Shown: positions 15,022-29,717 of the stretch, in pieces | How positions within the stretch are numbered: the first letter of the stretch is position 1 | How the letters are laid out: every line of letters begins with the position of its first letter | NCBI GenBank assembly: GCA_951406725.2 | Contig: OX597821.1 | Coordinates: forward strand, 54,870,001-54,934,000 | Direction of reading: 5' to 3' | Source of the DNA: Octopus vulgaris | Lineage: Eukaryota | Length of the DNA: 64,000 bases | Position numbers and translations under genes: made by a program | Notes under the pieces: model-generated | Seen by the model: the letters and a program-made list of their open reading frames with translations, nothing else | What the model was told of the DNA's origin: nothing | Database searches by the model: none

Positions 15022-15514
15022 ACCATATATATACATATATATACATATACATACATATATACACATACACAAACATACATATACACAAACACATGTATAT
15101 ACCCACACACACACAAGGTACCAGCAGAAAACAAAAACACATATCTATCTAAACTTACATATATGTGTGTGCATACATAAATATATATATACACAAGTGC
15201 TTGCACAAATATACATACATAAATACATATCTACTTATACCTACATATATGTGTGTGCATATATAAATATATATACACAAGCATGTTCATAAATATACAT
15301 ATATACACACATATCCATATATAAATACAAAAGTAGCAACTATAGTAATTTATACTCACATATACATACATGTAAATAATTATATCTAACTTAATATATA
15401 CCTTCTTATACATATATTTGCATTATTATCACATATTATATAATACAACACAGTATAGCAACAATAATAACTCGAATAATAATTATTACAGTAGGGGTAT
15501 TTTAATATTAGGTT

Positions 15515-15950
15515 CTAGTGGTATTTGGAAAAGGTATGACCAATTTTATGACGACAGGAAATTTCCTTTCTCAAAGGAAAGTTGCGTTCCTGAAAGCTGT
15601 TAATAAGCGGAATTTTAGTCCCAATTAGAAAGGAAATTTCATTAATACATAACAAACACTTTATATCTTTAGTATTATATGCAGGTGCTGATGTTAATAT
15701 TTTCCAATTTAAATTATAATTAATTCCCCCATCATTAAGTTCCCATATGTAGCTACTTAACTCTGTAGAATTTCTCCTATTTCTGTTTCTAAATGTATAG
15801 TTATGATAATTAAGTCGGTGCTTCATATTGTTTTTTGTCGCATCCACATATACTTTGCTGTCAAATTGTGTACTTACTATACATTAATATACTACCCCCT
15901 TTCTAATGCAGTTATTATTAAATACACAATTACTACTTATTCTACAATTA
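15515..15950 (-). pseudogene. Penelope-like element GIY-YIG endonuclease remnant
   Basis: CRISSNCVFNNNCIRKGVVY*CIV..KVYVDATKNNMKHRLNYHNYTFRNRNRRNSTELSSYIWEL..NWKIL..AYN..KCLLCINE..CRH matches the GIY-YIG C-terminus of Penelope-like elements. Confidence 0.85.
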
Positions 15951-16112
15951 CATGTTCTGTGCGGTATGTAGGGTTTATGTTATTGAGGTTGACAGTTATT
16001 ATATTATTAGTTCTGTGGCTATTGTTGGTCCCAATAATGTTATTATTGCTTATACTCTCATGATCATTATTGTTAGTATTAATACTATTATTATTTACAC
16101 TTCCATTGTTGC

Positions 16113-16146
<34 letters not shown>

Positions 16147-16273
16147 GTTGTTATTATTATTATTTATGTTTGTATTACTTCAATTATTTTTTCTACTTAG
16201 ATAGGTGTCCAGTTTTCTATTGTTAATTGAGGAGAGGATGGTAACTAGGTTATGTCCTATTCTCATTGTTCTG

Positions 16274-16304
<31 letters not shown>

Positions 16305-16697
16305 TCTTTTACTTTTTTTCAGTCATTTGACTGTGGTGATGCTGGAGCACTGCCTTTAGTCAAACAAATTGACCCCAGGACTTATTTTTTGTAAGCTTAT
16401 TACTTATTCTACCAGTCTCTTTTGCTGAACTACTAAGTTACAGGGATGTAAACACACCAGCATCGGTTTTCAAGTGATGGTGGGGGGGACAAACACAGAC
16501 ACACATACAAATGCACACACACACACACACATGCAAATACACACACATGCAAATACACACACATATGATGGGCTTCTTTCAGTTTCTGTCTACCAAATCC
16601 ACTCACAAGGCTTTGGTCGACCCGAGGCTATAATAGAAGACACTTGCTCAAGGTGCCCAGAACCATGTGGCTGGAAAGCAAGCTTCTTATCACACAA

Positions 16698-16742
<45 letters not shown>

Positions 16743-17139
16743 TACACACACATATATATACCATTCACTCCCTTTATAATACTTTCTATCTGTCTCACCT
16801 CTTTTACTACAATCACTACTTTTTCATTCCAGAAGGTCAAAGAAAGCAAAATAAAAAAAAAAAGGCTATGTAACTAAACATATCATGTATTATGATATAT
16901 GATGGTTTCCTACATAGCTTTTGACTCCAAAATTACTCTCTTAAGATATTGATCTACATGAGGCTATGATAGAAATGCATGAGCGCGAGATACTTCTCAG
17001 AAGGATGAAACCTACAGCCAGTGTTTCAAAGTAGATTGCTAAACTCTACAGGCATCCCTTAACTGATATCACATCAGTAAATATGTCAACAAACTGCTAT
17101 ATTTTGTTTAGCATTATAAGAGACCTGTTCAAACTGTGA

Positions 17140-18194
17140 CCTGGTAGCAAGGACATTCATAATGACATGTTTGCTACATTAGGGGATGATGCTCTACCTT
17201 TATTAAGAGTGCCAAAAAGTGCAGCTGAATTTAGGAGGGGATGGGAGTGTCTTGAAGATGACCCATCGTCTGGGCATCCTGCACCTACCACCACCAAGGA
17301 AAACATCGATTGTGTTCACCAAATGGTGATGGGTGGCAGGTGATTGGCTGTAAATCGAATAGCCAATGCTATTAGCATATCCAGTAAGAAAGTGGTGAAT
17401 ATTCTACTTAATGAATATGGCATGATGAAGCTTTCTGCTTGGCATGACCACATATGGCAGCTGATCAAGAGATCACCATGCTGATCACAACATGGGAAAA
17501 TCTGATATTGTTTGAGGCAGATCCAGCCAGTTTCCATGAACATTTCCTAACTGAGAATGAGTGCTGGCTTCATCTCTTTGAACCAGTGACTAAGAGACAA
17601 TCAATGCTGAGGAAATACCCATTCTCACCATCTCCAAAGAAGGCCAATGTCATTTCATCTACAGGGAAGGTGATGGCCACAGATTTTAGGAATGCAAAAG
17701 GTATTGTCATTACTATCTTCAAAAGGGCTACACCTCCAATGGAGAGTACTATGCCAAATTGCTGAGGCACTTATGAAAGGATATCAAGGCCAGACACCCA
17801 GGAAACTAACAAAAAATATCTTGTTTGAACAGGTAAGAGCTCCTGCATACAAGGCCTTGATATAAATGGCTGTTGTGCATGACTGTGGCTTTGAACTTGT
17901 TGATCACCTTCTTTATTTTCCTAATTTCCCCCCTTTTGACTATCATCTATTCCCCAACATGAAAAAGCATTTGGCTGGGAACCAGTGTCCCAGTGATGAT
18001 GATGATGTCATACTTTCTGTTGATAATATTTTTGACTACTATGATAAAAGCTTCTCCATCAATGGGATCCAAGCACAACATAGATGGAAGAAGTGTGTGT
18101 GCCACAATGGGGACTATGTTGAAAAATAAGCTTCATTTAGTCACATTTCATGAAAGTATCTTGGTCAACCTCTGAACTTTTCAGCTGACCCTTG
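17140..18194 (+). pseudogene. Mariner transposase remnant with right TIR
   Basis: Frameshifted pieces FLTENECWLHLFEPVTKRQSM, SSTGKVMA, YFPNFPPFDYHLFPNMKKHLAG and HRWKKCVCHNGDYVEK; ends GAACTTTTCAGCTGACCCTTG|TA. Confidence 0.9.
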
Positions 18195-18750
18195 TACAAG
18201 TGGTGATTTACAAAGAGTGATTTCTACAATATATAGTCTATCAATTTAGAATTGTCTCACTGATAATAAACTCTGACAGCAATAACAGTTCTATGGCTCA
18301 GAAATTATTCAATGTAACATAATTTAATGCTAATGTGACTTTTCTAGCATTGTTCAACCCTTTGGAAACAATTAAGTATTTAAAATTTAGTAATAAACAT
18401 AAGTTTAAATCAATGCTCTAGCATGGACTTGATTGTGATGGCTTCACTCAGACTGAAGATGTAAAGCCTGTTCTTTCTTGAACATTATCAATATCTTCTC
18501 CATTTCTCCATCATGTAAAAATTTCTACAAGAAATAGCAGCTAAATCTTCATCTCACACATTATGCTTTAAGGAAGGACATAGTGGATAATGTTATCCAA
18601 AAATCATATGTTCAATCAAAACAAAAATATAATCGAATTCATGTTTGTAAGTGATGTTGGTTTGAGTCCTTTGTGCAGCCTTCAACTTTTTCAATTCAAA
18701 AAGTTTTTAACCCAATATTTATACACTATTATTTATAGCTTATCTACTTC

Positions 18751-18972
18751 GGCGAGCTGGCAGAAATGTTAGCACGCCGGGCGAAATGCGTAGCCGCATT
18801 TCGTCTGCCATTACGTTCTGAGTTCAAATTCCGCCGAGGTCGACTTTGCCTTTCATCCTTTCGGGGTCGATAAATTAAGTACCAGTTACGCACTGGGGTT
18901 GATGTGATTGACTTAATCAATCCCTTTGTCTGTCCCCTCTATGTTTAGCCCCTTGTGGGCAATAAAGAAATA
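18751..18972 (+). mobile_element. Young tRNA-derived SINE (family B) with a perfect 10-bp TSD
   Basis: GGCGAGCTGGCAGAA..GAGTTCAAATTCC..GCCTTTCATCCTTTCGGGGTCGATAAATTAAGTACCAG; TSD TATCTACTTC at 18741-18750 and 18973-18982. Other copies lie at ~355-555, 11790-11950, 21230-21350, 27565-27755, 34872-35090, 37822-38035, 44680-44850 and 48005-48505. Confidence 0.92.
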
Positions 18973-20478
18973 TATCTACTTCAATAAACAATGCTCCAAA
19001 AAAAAAAAGAATTATTTCATGTCTTTTCAAGGTTTATAAATTCTTATAACTTCAATAATGGGAATGTCACAAATGGAATACTAGATTATTAATCAGAATG
19101 AAAAAAACAGCATCAAATATAACAGCATCAGCAATGACATCAAGCCAGTGCTGCATCCTTTTCATTGTCTCTTGCTTTTGTCAGAAACAGCCACCACCCC
19201 CACACACACACTTCACATTCAATAGTTTTAAATATAGAAAAAGACCAAGAGGTCATGGTTGGCATATCTTTGATCATAGGACTGCTCTGTCAGGGTTGAC
19301 CTGGTGATTTGCAACAGCTATCAACAGAAATTTTATATTTTCGAAAATATTGTTTTCAAATTAATGAAAATTATTATTGATTTCCTTCTATCAAAAGACA
19401 TGTTTTTTCTTTGTTGTCTTTCACCCTTGATCTCTCTCTCTCTCTCTTCAGATGCATACAAATACATGCATAGTGATGAACAAGGACACACACACATGCA
19501 AATGTAGGCATGCACATTCAGACAAATGTACGGACACACCTACAGATATACAGAGATATACACAAATGCACAGACAACACATGCAAGCAGAAACACCAAA
19601 TGCACACTTTCCCAATGATTCACATATTCACAGCACTTATACTGTTTTACTAAATACAGTTAATTAGGTCTTTAATTAATCAAACCTTATTGCCTTAATG
19701 AGGATCATAGGTCAAAATGTGATTATTATTCTGAATTTCCTAAAATTGTTTTTTTAGGAAATAAATGGATCCAGTTTCAATAATCTTTGTTTCATAAATC
19801 TCATTAGTTCTGTCTAACATACATCCTTCATATAATGATGCTAATGTAAGTATATCTATATATGTAACCGAAACTCTACCACTCTTTACTCTCATAACTA
19901 ATCATACCTTCACCAAGTAATCCCACTTCACTACCTCTTTCACCAACCACCTACATGAAGGAATGAAATGGTGTAAGGGAAAAAGAAGAAAGAGAACAAG
20001 AAAGAGGTAGGAAGGGGATATCACTGTCAAACAAATAAGTTGACATCAGTGTATACCTGCTAGTCTAGGAGTTCAAGGGAGCGCTTTTCCATGGTCTCTC
20101 TACCTGCTGAAAATAGCAGTAATATCTTCCTCAAATCATCCCTTCCCCTCTAAAATAAAGGATATATATTAGACAATAAATTGAGATGGTCGTGACTGGA
20201 ATACCTTTCATTATAGTTCTGTTTTATCAGGGCAGCTTGGTCTGGGGTTAACAAAAACAAAGTTTACATCAAGCCAACAAGGGAAGGCCTTGATCTGCTA
20301 GAAATAGCAACCAAATTTCCTTCAAATCATGCCTTACTTATCTCAAGTTTAAAAAGACCTATTGGGCTATACAGTCGTTTATATACAAAAAGACCAGATA
20401 ATGAATATATATATTACATAAACTTAAAGAAAACTGCCTGGAGAACAGGATTTATCATTATCCATGATGTCTGCATTA

Positions 20479-20511
<33 letters not shown>

Positions 20512-21579
20512 CAAGTATGTGTATGTGTGTGCATGTGTGTGTGTGTGTCTATATTTGCCTGTGTGTGTATATGTGTATGCTGTGTATGCATATATGTATG
20601 AAGATATATGTGGGTTACAATGCAAAATGTAAAGATATATTATTTGTGTGTGCTTGTGTGTGTGTATATATGTGTGTGTGTGTGCCTGCACACATGCTGG
20701 CACGTGTGTGTGAATATAGAATATAGCAAAATATGTAGCTACTAATGTCTTTAATCCAATTTTAACAAAGTAGGGCCTCTGCTTCTGATGAAGACAGGAT
20801 TCCTGGCAAAGGAACTATATCAAGATGGCTCTTGATTTAGAGTGTGAGAAGCTTGTTTTCTAATCCCATGCTTTCAGGTTCAGTCCCACTGCAGGTACTT
20901 TGGGCCAGCGTCTCCTGCTATAGCACCAGGCCAACCAGAACCTTGTGAGTGGATCTGGTAGATGGAAACTGAAAGAAACCTGTCATATATATTCATATGT
21001 GTGTGTGTCTTTTGTTTGTACTTGTCTCAACATCCCTTGACAACTAGTGTTGGTTTGTTTACATCCCTGTAATTTAGATGTTCAATAAGAGAGACCAATA
21101 AAATAAGTGTTGCACTTCAAAACAAAATGTATGGGATCTATTCATTTGACTGAGGTTCTTCAAGAAAGCCCCTTAGCATGGCCACAGCCCAGTGAGTGAA
21201 ATGAGTAAAACATTAAAGGTTTTAATTTAGCATGATGGATTGGTAGAGCCATTAAAATGCCAGACAAAATACTTTGTGCTATTTTTTCTCATTAGATTCA
21301 GAGGTCAAATCCCAATGAAGCCAACTTTGCCTTTCATCCTTCCATGATCAATTTTCTCTAATCTGTCATCATGCAATGAGTGAGCATGATACATCGAACA
21401 CTTGCCCATCCATGGCACTCCAACAGCTGATAAAGGGACACCAGGTGGAACACATTGGTGTAACATTCATATTATCTCTCTATAATACTCCATATTACTG
21501 TCAACACATACACACAAATCTTATCATTTACACACATACACACACGCTCTCTCTCTCTCTCTCTGTATGTGTGTGTGTA

Positions 21580-21630
<51 letters not shown>

Positions 21631-22434
21631 TATATATATATATATATACATACATACACACATATCTATCCACCCATCTATCTATCTATCTATCTGTCTG
21701 AACTAATTAACTAAAAGTGGATTCTTTACAAATAGGGATAATACAAAAGGTTTAGAACAGAAATACATACATTTCAAAACAACTATTTTATATCATAAAA
21801 CTAGCCACTGTCTCAATCAAACTTCTATTTAATATATAGGGAATTAGTAATAGGCTGGCTGTAAACATGTACTCAACTATACTATGGCATTCTTGCTTTG
21901 ATATACATGTGTAAATAAGATAAGAAATCAATTAATTCACTAGATTATGAAAATATTGTAAAATATTATATAAAATACTGAAACAGTTAATTTGGTATTT
22001 AAACTTAAACTTAAAACCAAATATTAAATGAGGAAAACAAAATCAAATTGAAATGTAAATATGTTTTCTAAGTGGTTTTACTTATAATTAATTTTCATTT
22101 TGTTATTTTAAATTGATTTTAATCTTACTTTATTTTGGTTTTTAACTTGTTTGATTAATTTTATATTCTTGACAATGTTATAAAACTTCAGATAAGTATG
22201 AATAATTAAGGTTAGTCTACATAAATAAGTTTTTGGAAACCTTAATACATTATGTGGCTTAATTTCCTTGTTTCAGTTATAATTGCAATTAATAAATTTC
22301 GAAACATTTTTATAAAAATGGTTTAATATTCTATTTCTACATAAGGCAAGTATTTTCTACTATAACCTCATGCCAGCCAAAGCATTGTGAGTGGATTTTC
22401 GTGGGTAGAAACTGAAAGAAGCCCATCATATCTA

Positions 22435-22481
<47 letters not shown>

Positions 22482-22482
22482 A

Positions 22483-23050
22483 TCATCATCATCATCATCG
22501 TTTAACGTCCGCTTTCAATGCTAGCATGGGTTGGACGGTTCAACTGGGGTCTGGGAAGCCAGGAGGCTGCACCAGGCCCAGTCAGATCTGACAGCGTTTC
22601 TACAGCTGGATGCCCTTCCTAACACCAACCACTCTGAGTGTAGTGGGTGCTTTTTACGTGCCACTGGCACAGGTGCCAGGCGAGACTGACAACGGCCACG
22701 ATCGGTTGGTGCTTTTTATGTGCCACCGGTACAGAGGCCAGCCGGGGCGGCGCTGGCAACAGCCACATTTGGATGGTTCTCTTACATGCCACTGGCACTG
22801 GTATCACAACTACAATTTCCATTGATTTTGATCGATTTCGATTTCACTTGCCTCAAACAGGTCTTCGCAAGTAGAGTTTTGTGTCCCAAGAAGGAAAGGT
22901 ATGCATAAGTGGACTGGCTACATCCTAAGTAGAGGCCACGGGTTATGGTCTCACTTGTCCTGCCGGGCCTTCTCATGCACAGCATACTTCCAAAGGTCTC
23001 GGTCACTAGTTATTGCCTCGGTGAGACCTAATGTTCAAAAGTCATGCTTC
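22483..23050 (-). mobile_element. 5'-truncated RTE-type LINE 3' end (ORF tail, 3' UTR and (GAT)n tail)
   Basis: [31 protein letters not shown], then a UTR with AGGAAGGGCATCCAGCTGTAGAAAC and a GAT tail. Shorter copies lie at ~3076-3290, 25378-25575, 31995-32190, 34626-34815, 46034-46290 and 48520-48680. Confidence 0.8.
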
Positions 23051-23092
23051 AAGATATATATATGTATGTATACATATATATACACATATATA

Positions 23093-23203
<111 letters not shown>

Positions 23204-23471
23204 GTATGTATTTGTGTTTGTGTCTGTGTCCCCCTACCCATCGCTTGACAACTGATATTGGTGTGTTTACATTCACATAACTTAGCAGTTCAGCAAAATA
23301 GACCAATAGAATAAGTACTAGGCTTACAAAGAAAAGTCCTGAGGTTGACTTGTTCGACTAAAAGCCCTTAAGGCATGGCAGTAGTCAAATAACTGAAACA
23401 AGTAAAAGTAAATGAAAATACATACAAATATACATACATACATACACACATATATACATACATACATTATA

Positions 23472-23704
23472 GCTGCCCCCTCGTTATCGAGTATGGCCAT
23501 TGCACGAAGCTTAACTGTTATTGGTGCTGTGATCAAATGTGACTTTTTAGCCCAGCTAAAGATCTACAATGTCTTGTACAGAATTGGCAACTAAAACCTT
23601 TACCGGTAATAGCCGGCTATAGTTGTAATTGGGCTTCATGTACCTTTGCATGTCGTTTAAGTCCTCCTGCCAAATTACACTCTCTTCCACATGCCCGACA
23701 GATA
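23472..23704 (-). mobile_element. RTE/BovB-like LINE 3' end encoding two C2H2 zinc fingers
   Basis: ICRACGRECNLAGGLKRHAKVH and CQFCTRHCRSLAGLKSHI*SQH, followed by GCAATGGCCATACTCGATAACGAGGGGGCAGC. Confidence 0.75.
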
Positions 23705-25053
23705 TGATTATACATGCATACATACATACATATATATATAAGTATATATATATATATATGAATACAATTAAGCAAAACTGTTTGGAGGCTGTGTTCTCAT
23801 CACTAACAATTAAGAAACATGCAGTGGAATCTAAGTTAGCCTGATAAAGAAAAATATTTTATCTGAGATGTACAGGTGTAACTATCAGCAAGAGCAACCA
23901 AAATATGAAGACAAATCAATATTGAGCAAGAGACTGATAAAAGAAATAATTAACTTCTGTTCCCTAGGGGATTAAACTAATTATATAGGCAGGTACTGAA
24001 TAAGTATAGAATCTTCAGTAAGGACAAGGTGGGAAATGTTCAGAGAGATACATCTGTGGTAACAAAGGGTTTTTCTCTCTGAATAAATAGCAGATTGTAT
24101 GATGATTGTGTACCAAATGCAGTATTGTGTTTTAGCAAGATATGGATATTGAATGTATAAGATATGCAGATGTTGGAGAGAAATGAGGTGAGGGAGTAAT
24201 TTTTTTATTGGCTTCAGTCATCGGTTGGTTGTTACCCATGAAACACTGCCTGTGTATCAGGCCCAGTGCTTATTCCGGTCTGGTGCTTATTTTAAAGATT
24301 TCTATTTGTCAAACTGTTAAGTTAAGGTTTTGAGATTAAAGTGAAATAACTTGACACTTAAGTTTTAATCATAAATCCAAACATGGCTGGAGATGACATG
24401 CACACACACTCAGACACATGCATGCAAACATGCACACACACACACACACACTGAGCTTCTGTAGAGTTTCTGTCTACTGTATTCTACTCACAGCATATTG
24501 TCCAACACTATGCTACAGTAGACAACACTTGGTCAATATTCTGCACAGTACAATCAAACCCAGAATCATAATATTCTGAAAAGAGCTTTTTTGCCATTTC
24601 ACTATGTCTGGGTCCATATAATTTTTCTTACAAAACTATGAACCATGAAGTCCTAGACATAATTAGGAATACAACTTTGTCCAACTGGATGTCAAGGGTG
24701 TTGTTAAGTAGCAATGAGTCGGTATTTTTGATCAACTGCAGTATATGAAGGAGTATTGAGCGATTTAGATTTTCTTGTTCTTGATTAGTCCCATGTTCTT
24801 ATTGATTGAGCAAACATATAATTAAACTCGTTAGCCATCTTGATTTATGTCAAATGCGATGTGATGGTTATTTTTCAGCTATTTTTAGTAATAGATTGAA
24901 ATTGATGTATAGGTGCAGGTGTAGATGAGTGCTAAGAAGCTTGCTTCCTAACCACATGGTCTCAGGTTCAGTTCTACTGCACGGCATATTGAAGAAGTGT
25001 CTTCTACTATAGCCTCCAGGCTGACCAAAGCCAGAAACTAAAAGAAGCACATC

Positions 25054-25116
<63 letters not shown>

Positions 25117-27926
25117 TTATGTGTGCCTGTGTTTGTATTTATCCCCTGCCACCACCTGACAACCAGTGTTGGTATGTTTATGTCCCCATAAATTAGCAGT
25201 TCACCAAAAGAAAAAGTACCATACTTATAAGCAATAAGTACTGCTCCAGCATTGCCACAGTCAAATGACTGAAACAAGTGAATGATAAAAGATACAGAGA
25301 AAAGAGTCGGAACCTACCCAATTATCTAATGTGGTTCCTCTGAGGAATTATTATTCCTACATATATATATATATATGTGCAGGTGGCACGTAAAAAGCAC
25401 CCACTACACTCACGGAGTGGTTGGCGTTAGGAAGGGCATCCAGCTGTAGAAACATTGCCAGATTAGACTGGAGCCTGGTGCAGCCTGCTGGCTTCCCAGA
25501 ACCCCGGTCGAACCGTCCAACCCATGCTAGCATGGAGAACGGATGTTAAACGACGATGATGATGATGATGATGATTTGCATACGAGTTCTTGTACATATC
25601 AATATGTAAAAGTATCTACACACATATACACATATATGTATATATGTTATTATATGTATATGTGTGCATGTGTGTTTCTGGTATGGATCTTGCTCTAAAG
25701 AAAACTATTGCAAACAACAGTTATAGATTCTTTATTTAAAACCAAAGATCAAATATTTTTGGAATTTTACCAGATTTGTCTTCAAGAGAAAAATTTAAAA
25801 GTAACTGCATTTACTTGAAAATACCCAGTTGCTTGTATCAAAAATGAAATATGATAAAATTTAGCATAACATGATTGATGGAGTGATGTGAATATGTACA
25901 ACATTTGGATGAAATATCTTATTAAGGGATACTATACTGAGGTTGATACACAAAACCTTATTTCTAAAGCTTTTCATTTGTACTTGAAAAAACTCATTCC
26001 TAATACATCAAAGTACATTTTAATATTATTTTTCACTCCATAGAACTCATTAAGCATATTGGATTCTGTTACCTCCAGAAATATAATGAGAACTTTTCTG
26101 TATTATTGTTATTATCACCAACATCATCATTGTTATTATTATTATTGATCATACATTATACTAGCACTTAACACTCGTTTTACATAATATTCACTTTTTT
26201 GCATAATTACAGATTTGTTTCATTAATTAATATATGTAAGAGTGTGTATGTGAATAGAATTCATTTTAATTAAATATTCTGCTGTCCTATGATCTGATAT
26301 TTGCTGTGTCAAATTCAAACATGTTGAAGTTCCATCTCAATGAATTTTTTTATGTGTTTATTAATTATTCTCTTTTATTTTAATTTTTAATTTAATCAAT
26401 ATCTATCCATTAGTCAAATTAATTTTGTTTTCTAATTTGCTCATTTTTTTTAAAGTTAACGTCTGAATAAAATATAGTTTCTATTGTCTAACATATATAC
26501 ATTTCATTGTTTGACACATTACAATGCATAGCATATATTTTGTATATAAATCTGCACCTAAACACATACTTGCATTCTGTGCACAGGGAGGCTCATATAT
26601 AGATAAATTTTGTCGTTAAGAAGTTCACATCACAAGGACATGACCATTGGCTCATTGCTGGTGTGTGTACATTGTCAACTAGTATCTTCTCTAGCTGCAG
26701 GTTGACTTATACCTTGTTAGTGAAATTTGGTAGACTGAATCTGGAAGAAGCTTATCATGGGTGTTTGTGTATGAGTATGTATTCTCCTCATCTTGTCGAG
26801 TGTGCACTGATGATAAACAAAAGCCACTGGTTATACAAAATGATGGCATTTATTTACAAGTTCTGGCTGTCAGAATATATTCACATGGAAACAGGCGATG
26901 GTTGGCAAGATGAAGTGCACTTTGCAGCAGAAAATCTGCCTCTCGTCTGACACTTGCGATAGTGATAATGGTATAGATATCACCATATCCATATATATAA
27001 GTAAGTAAATAATTAATTGTAATTAATTGATGGGCAGTTTATTATGATAAACTATTAATTAGTACTACTAACATAATTTTAAGAACTATTTTGATTACTT
27101 CAAAATGTTATGGCACTCTCCTTCTTTGCCTAAACCTATTGGTGTATACCGTAATGGTAAATTTTTAATTTTACTTTTTTATTACTTATCCACCCTGTTA
27201 CCCCCCACACACAACTGATGTGGCTGTTTTGGTTAACAAGCTTTAGAACCATGTGGTTTGAGGGCCAGTCCCATCGTGCAGCACCTTGAGTAAGTGTATT
27301 CTACTACAGCCTCTGACCAATCAATGCCTTATGAGTATATCTGGCATGCAGAAACTCTGTGGAATCCTATCTTGTATATATTATGGCAAAGAATTTCTAA
27401 GATACAGGTGGAAAGTATCTGATAGAAAGACTACTGAATAACACCTTAAAGTTATAATGTGCATTTGGAGCTAATTAGCAAACATATTTAGTACATAACA
27501 ATCTATTTAATTCATTTCATTCACAGACATAGTTATTGGATAGTAAGCAACTTTTATTGCTAAATGTGCTGGGCAAAATGCTTAGTGGTATTTCATCCTT
27601 CTTCGTGTTCTGAGTTCAAATACCACTGAGGTCAACTTTGTCTTTCATCCTTTCAGGGTCAATATAAAATAATTACCAGTTAAGCACTGGGGATAATGTA
27701 ATCAATTTAGATCTCCCCTAGAATTGCTGGCCTTGTGCCAAAATTTGAAACCAATGTACTCGTGATCCGTAATAGCATTCATCTTAATGAAATATGTGCC
27801 TAATTATGATATGGGACAAAATGTATTAATCTCATCATAATTAATTATACATTGATTAACAAACTTCATTGATTGATTATCATCTCCTGTGTTATCTATA
27901 ATAAACTTTGCCTATGCCAGAAGCTA

Positions 27927-28290
27927 GAAACTGTTTCTCATGTCACATACTTAATGTATGCATTTTGTTTATATGCTTATTAACTGCAGAACTTCATGCA
28001 TAGAAAATTCTTTTAAAATGTCAAGTGTTAAAAAATACTGAATACCTTGAACCAGGCAAAACGAATTACCCCTTAGCTGAATGAAAACTGTGGATATCAA
28101 TATTTCTCTGTTACTTCAGTTAATTGGAAATAACAGTAAAATAGCAATTTGTTTTACCTGGTTTAAGATTTGCACTGACTTTTTAGCACTCAATGTCTCA
28201 AGAGAATTTTCCTGGATGAAATTCTATGGATAATAAGTGTATAAATGAAATGCATATGGTACACTAAGTGTGTGACATCAGCAATGTTTC
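27927..28290. mobile_element. Old foldback MITE, ~140-bp degenerate inverted arms
   Basis: 27927-28069 (ATGTCACATACTTA..GAAAATTCT..AACCAGGCAAAAC) is the reverse complement of 28144-28290 (GTTTTACCTGGTT..AGAATTTTC..TAAGTGTGTGACAT). Confidence 0.75.
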
Positions 28291-28980
28291 ATTATCAGAG
28301 CTACTAATTCAAAACTTAATATAAAAATGAATTTATTAAAAAAAATATTGTATGTATCTTATTATCGTTCTATCTTTTACTTGTTTCACTCATTAAACTG
28401 TGGCCATGCTGGGGCACCACCTCACAGAATATTTTGTCAAATGAATCGACCCCAGTACTTTTTTAAAAGTCTGGTACTTATCTTATTCATCTCTAATGCT
28501 GAACCACTAAGGTATGAGGACATAAACACACCAACACCAGTTGACAAGCAATAGTTCGAGACAGACATAAACACACACACACACACACACACAGTGGATT
28601 TCTTTTCAGCTTCCGTCTACCAAATCCACTCACAAGGCTTTGGTCAGCCTGAAGCTATAGTAGTAGAAGAAACTTCCCCAAGGTACCATGTAGTGGGACT
28701 GAACCCAGAACCATGTGGTTGGGAAGCAAGTTTCTTACCACACAGTTAATGTATAATAATTCCATTATTATACATTACTATAATAATTATCTACCATTTC
28801 ATTGGCAAGTGAATTCTAAATAAATGTCTAAAATTCACAATTTACATCATTTCTATATTGAGTATCTACATTACAGTAATTTGTTTGTCTTAAAACATTT
28901 TGATACATCTTCTCATTGAAATTTTTACCATGTGTGTGTGTGATGTGTGCTAATTAGATATATATAATTAAATTATTATA

Positions 28981-29060
<80 letters not shown>

Positions 29061-29297
29061 TATACATTTATTATTTATTTAAATGGTACAATACATGTAT
29101 CAAAGCACTACTAATAGTTTCATATGTTGAGAAACTCAAACATATTCTTCAGACACAAACCACATATCATAACGAGCTAAAAAAATTGATTAATAGAAAT
29201 GCGGGTAAAAACTGAGAAGGCGGCATATCAAAAATGCAGAAGGCAGAAAGTAAACAAGGGAATGTGAAAAACAGAAAATGGAACGGTACATACATGG

Positions 29298-29652
29298 TGG
29301 CTGGCCCCTCGTTATCGAGTATGGCCATTGCATGAAGCTTAATCAATGTTGTTATCATGCAATGCCTGTGCAAGAATTATTTTTCTTTTAAAGTGAGGAA
29401 AGGCTGTGCACTGAGTCCATCCCACTCACTAAGCAACAGCAGCCATAATATGAAAAGAAGAACAAGTCAACATCATTGGTAACCGCTGAGCCGCAGGTTT
29501 TATGTCGTAGTTATCCCAGTTACCTGAGTTACCTTCTCCTAGAAGGATGCCCTAACAAAGGCTAGGAGTCCTTCACTCCCAATGGCTTAACTGCGCGATC
29601 GGGTATTCAGTCCAATTATTTCTATGTCCCCGCGCATGATACAGCCTTAAGA
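29298..29652 (-). mobile_element. Short non-autonomous retroelement sharing the 3' tail of the RTE at 23472
   Basis: CCCCTCGTTATCGAGTATGGCCATTGCA(C/T)GAAGCTTAA is shared with 23477-23513. The body is different and contains GTTAGGGCATCCTTCTAGGAGAAGGTAACTC, which resembles an RTE 5' UTR. Confidence 0.65.
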
Positions 29653-29676
29653 CATACATACGTACATACATACATG

Positions 29677-29717
<41 letters not shown>

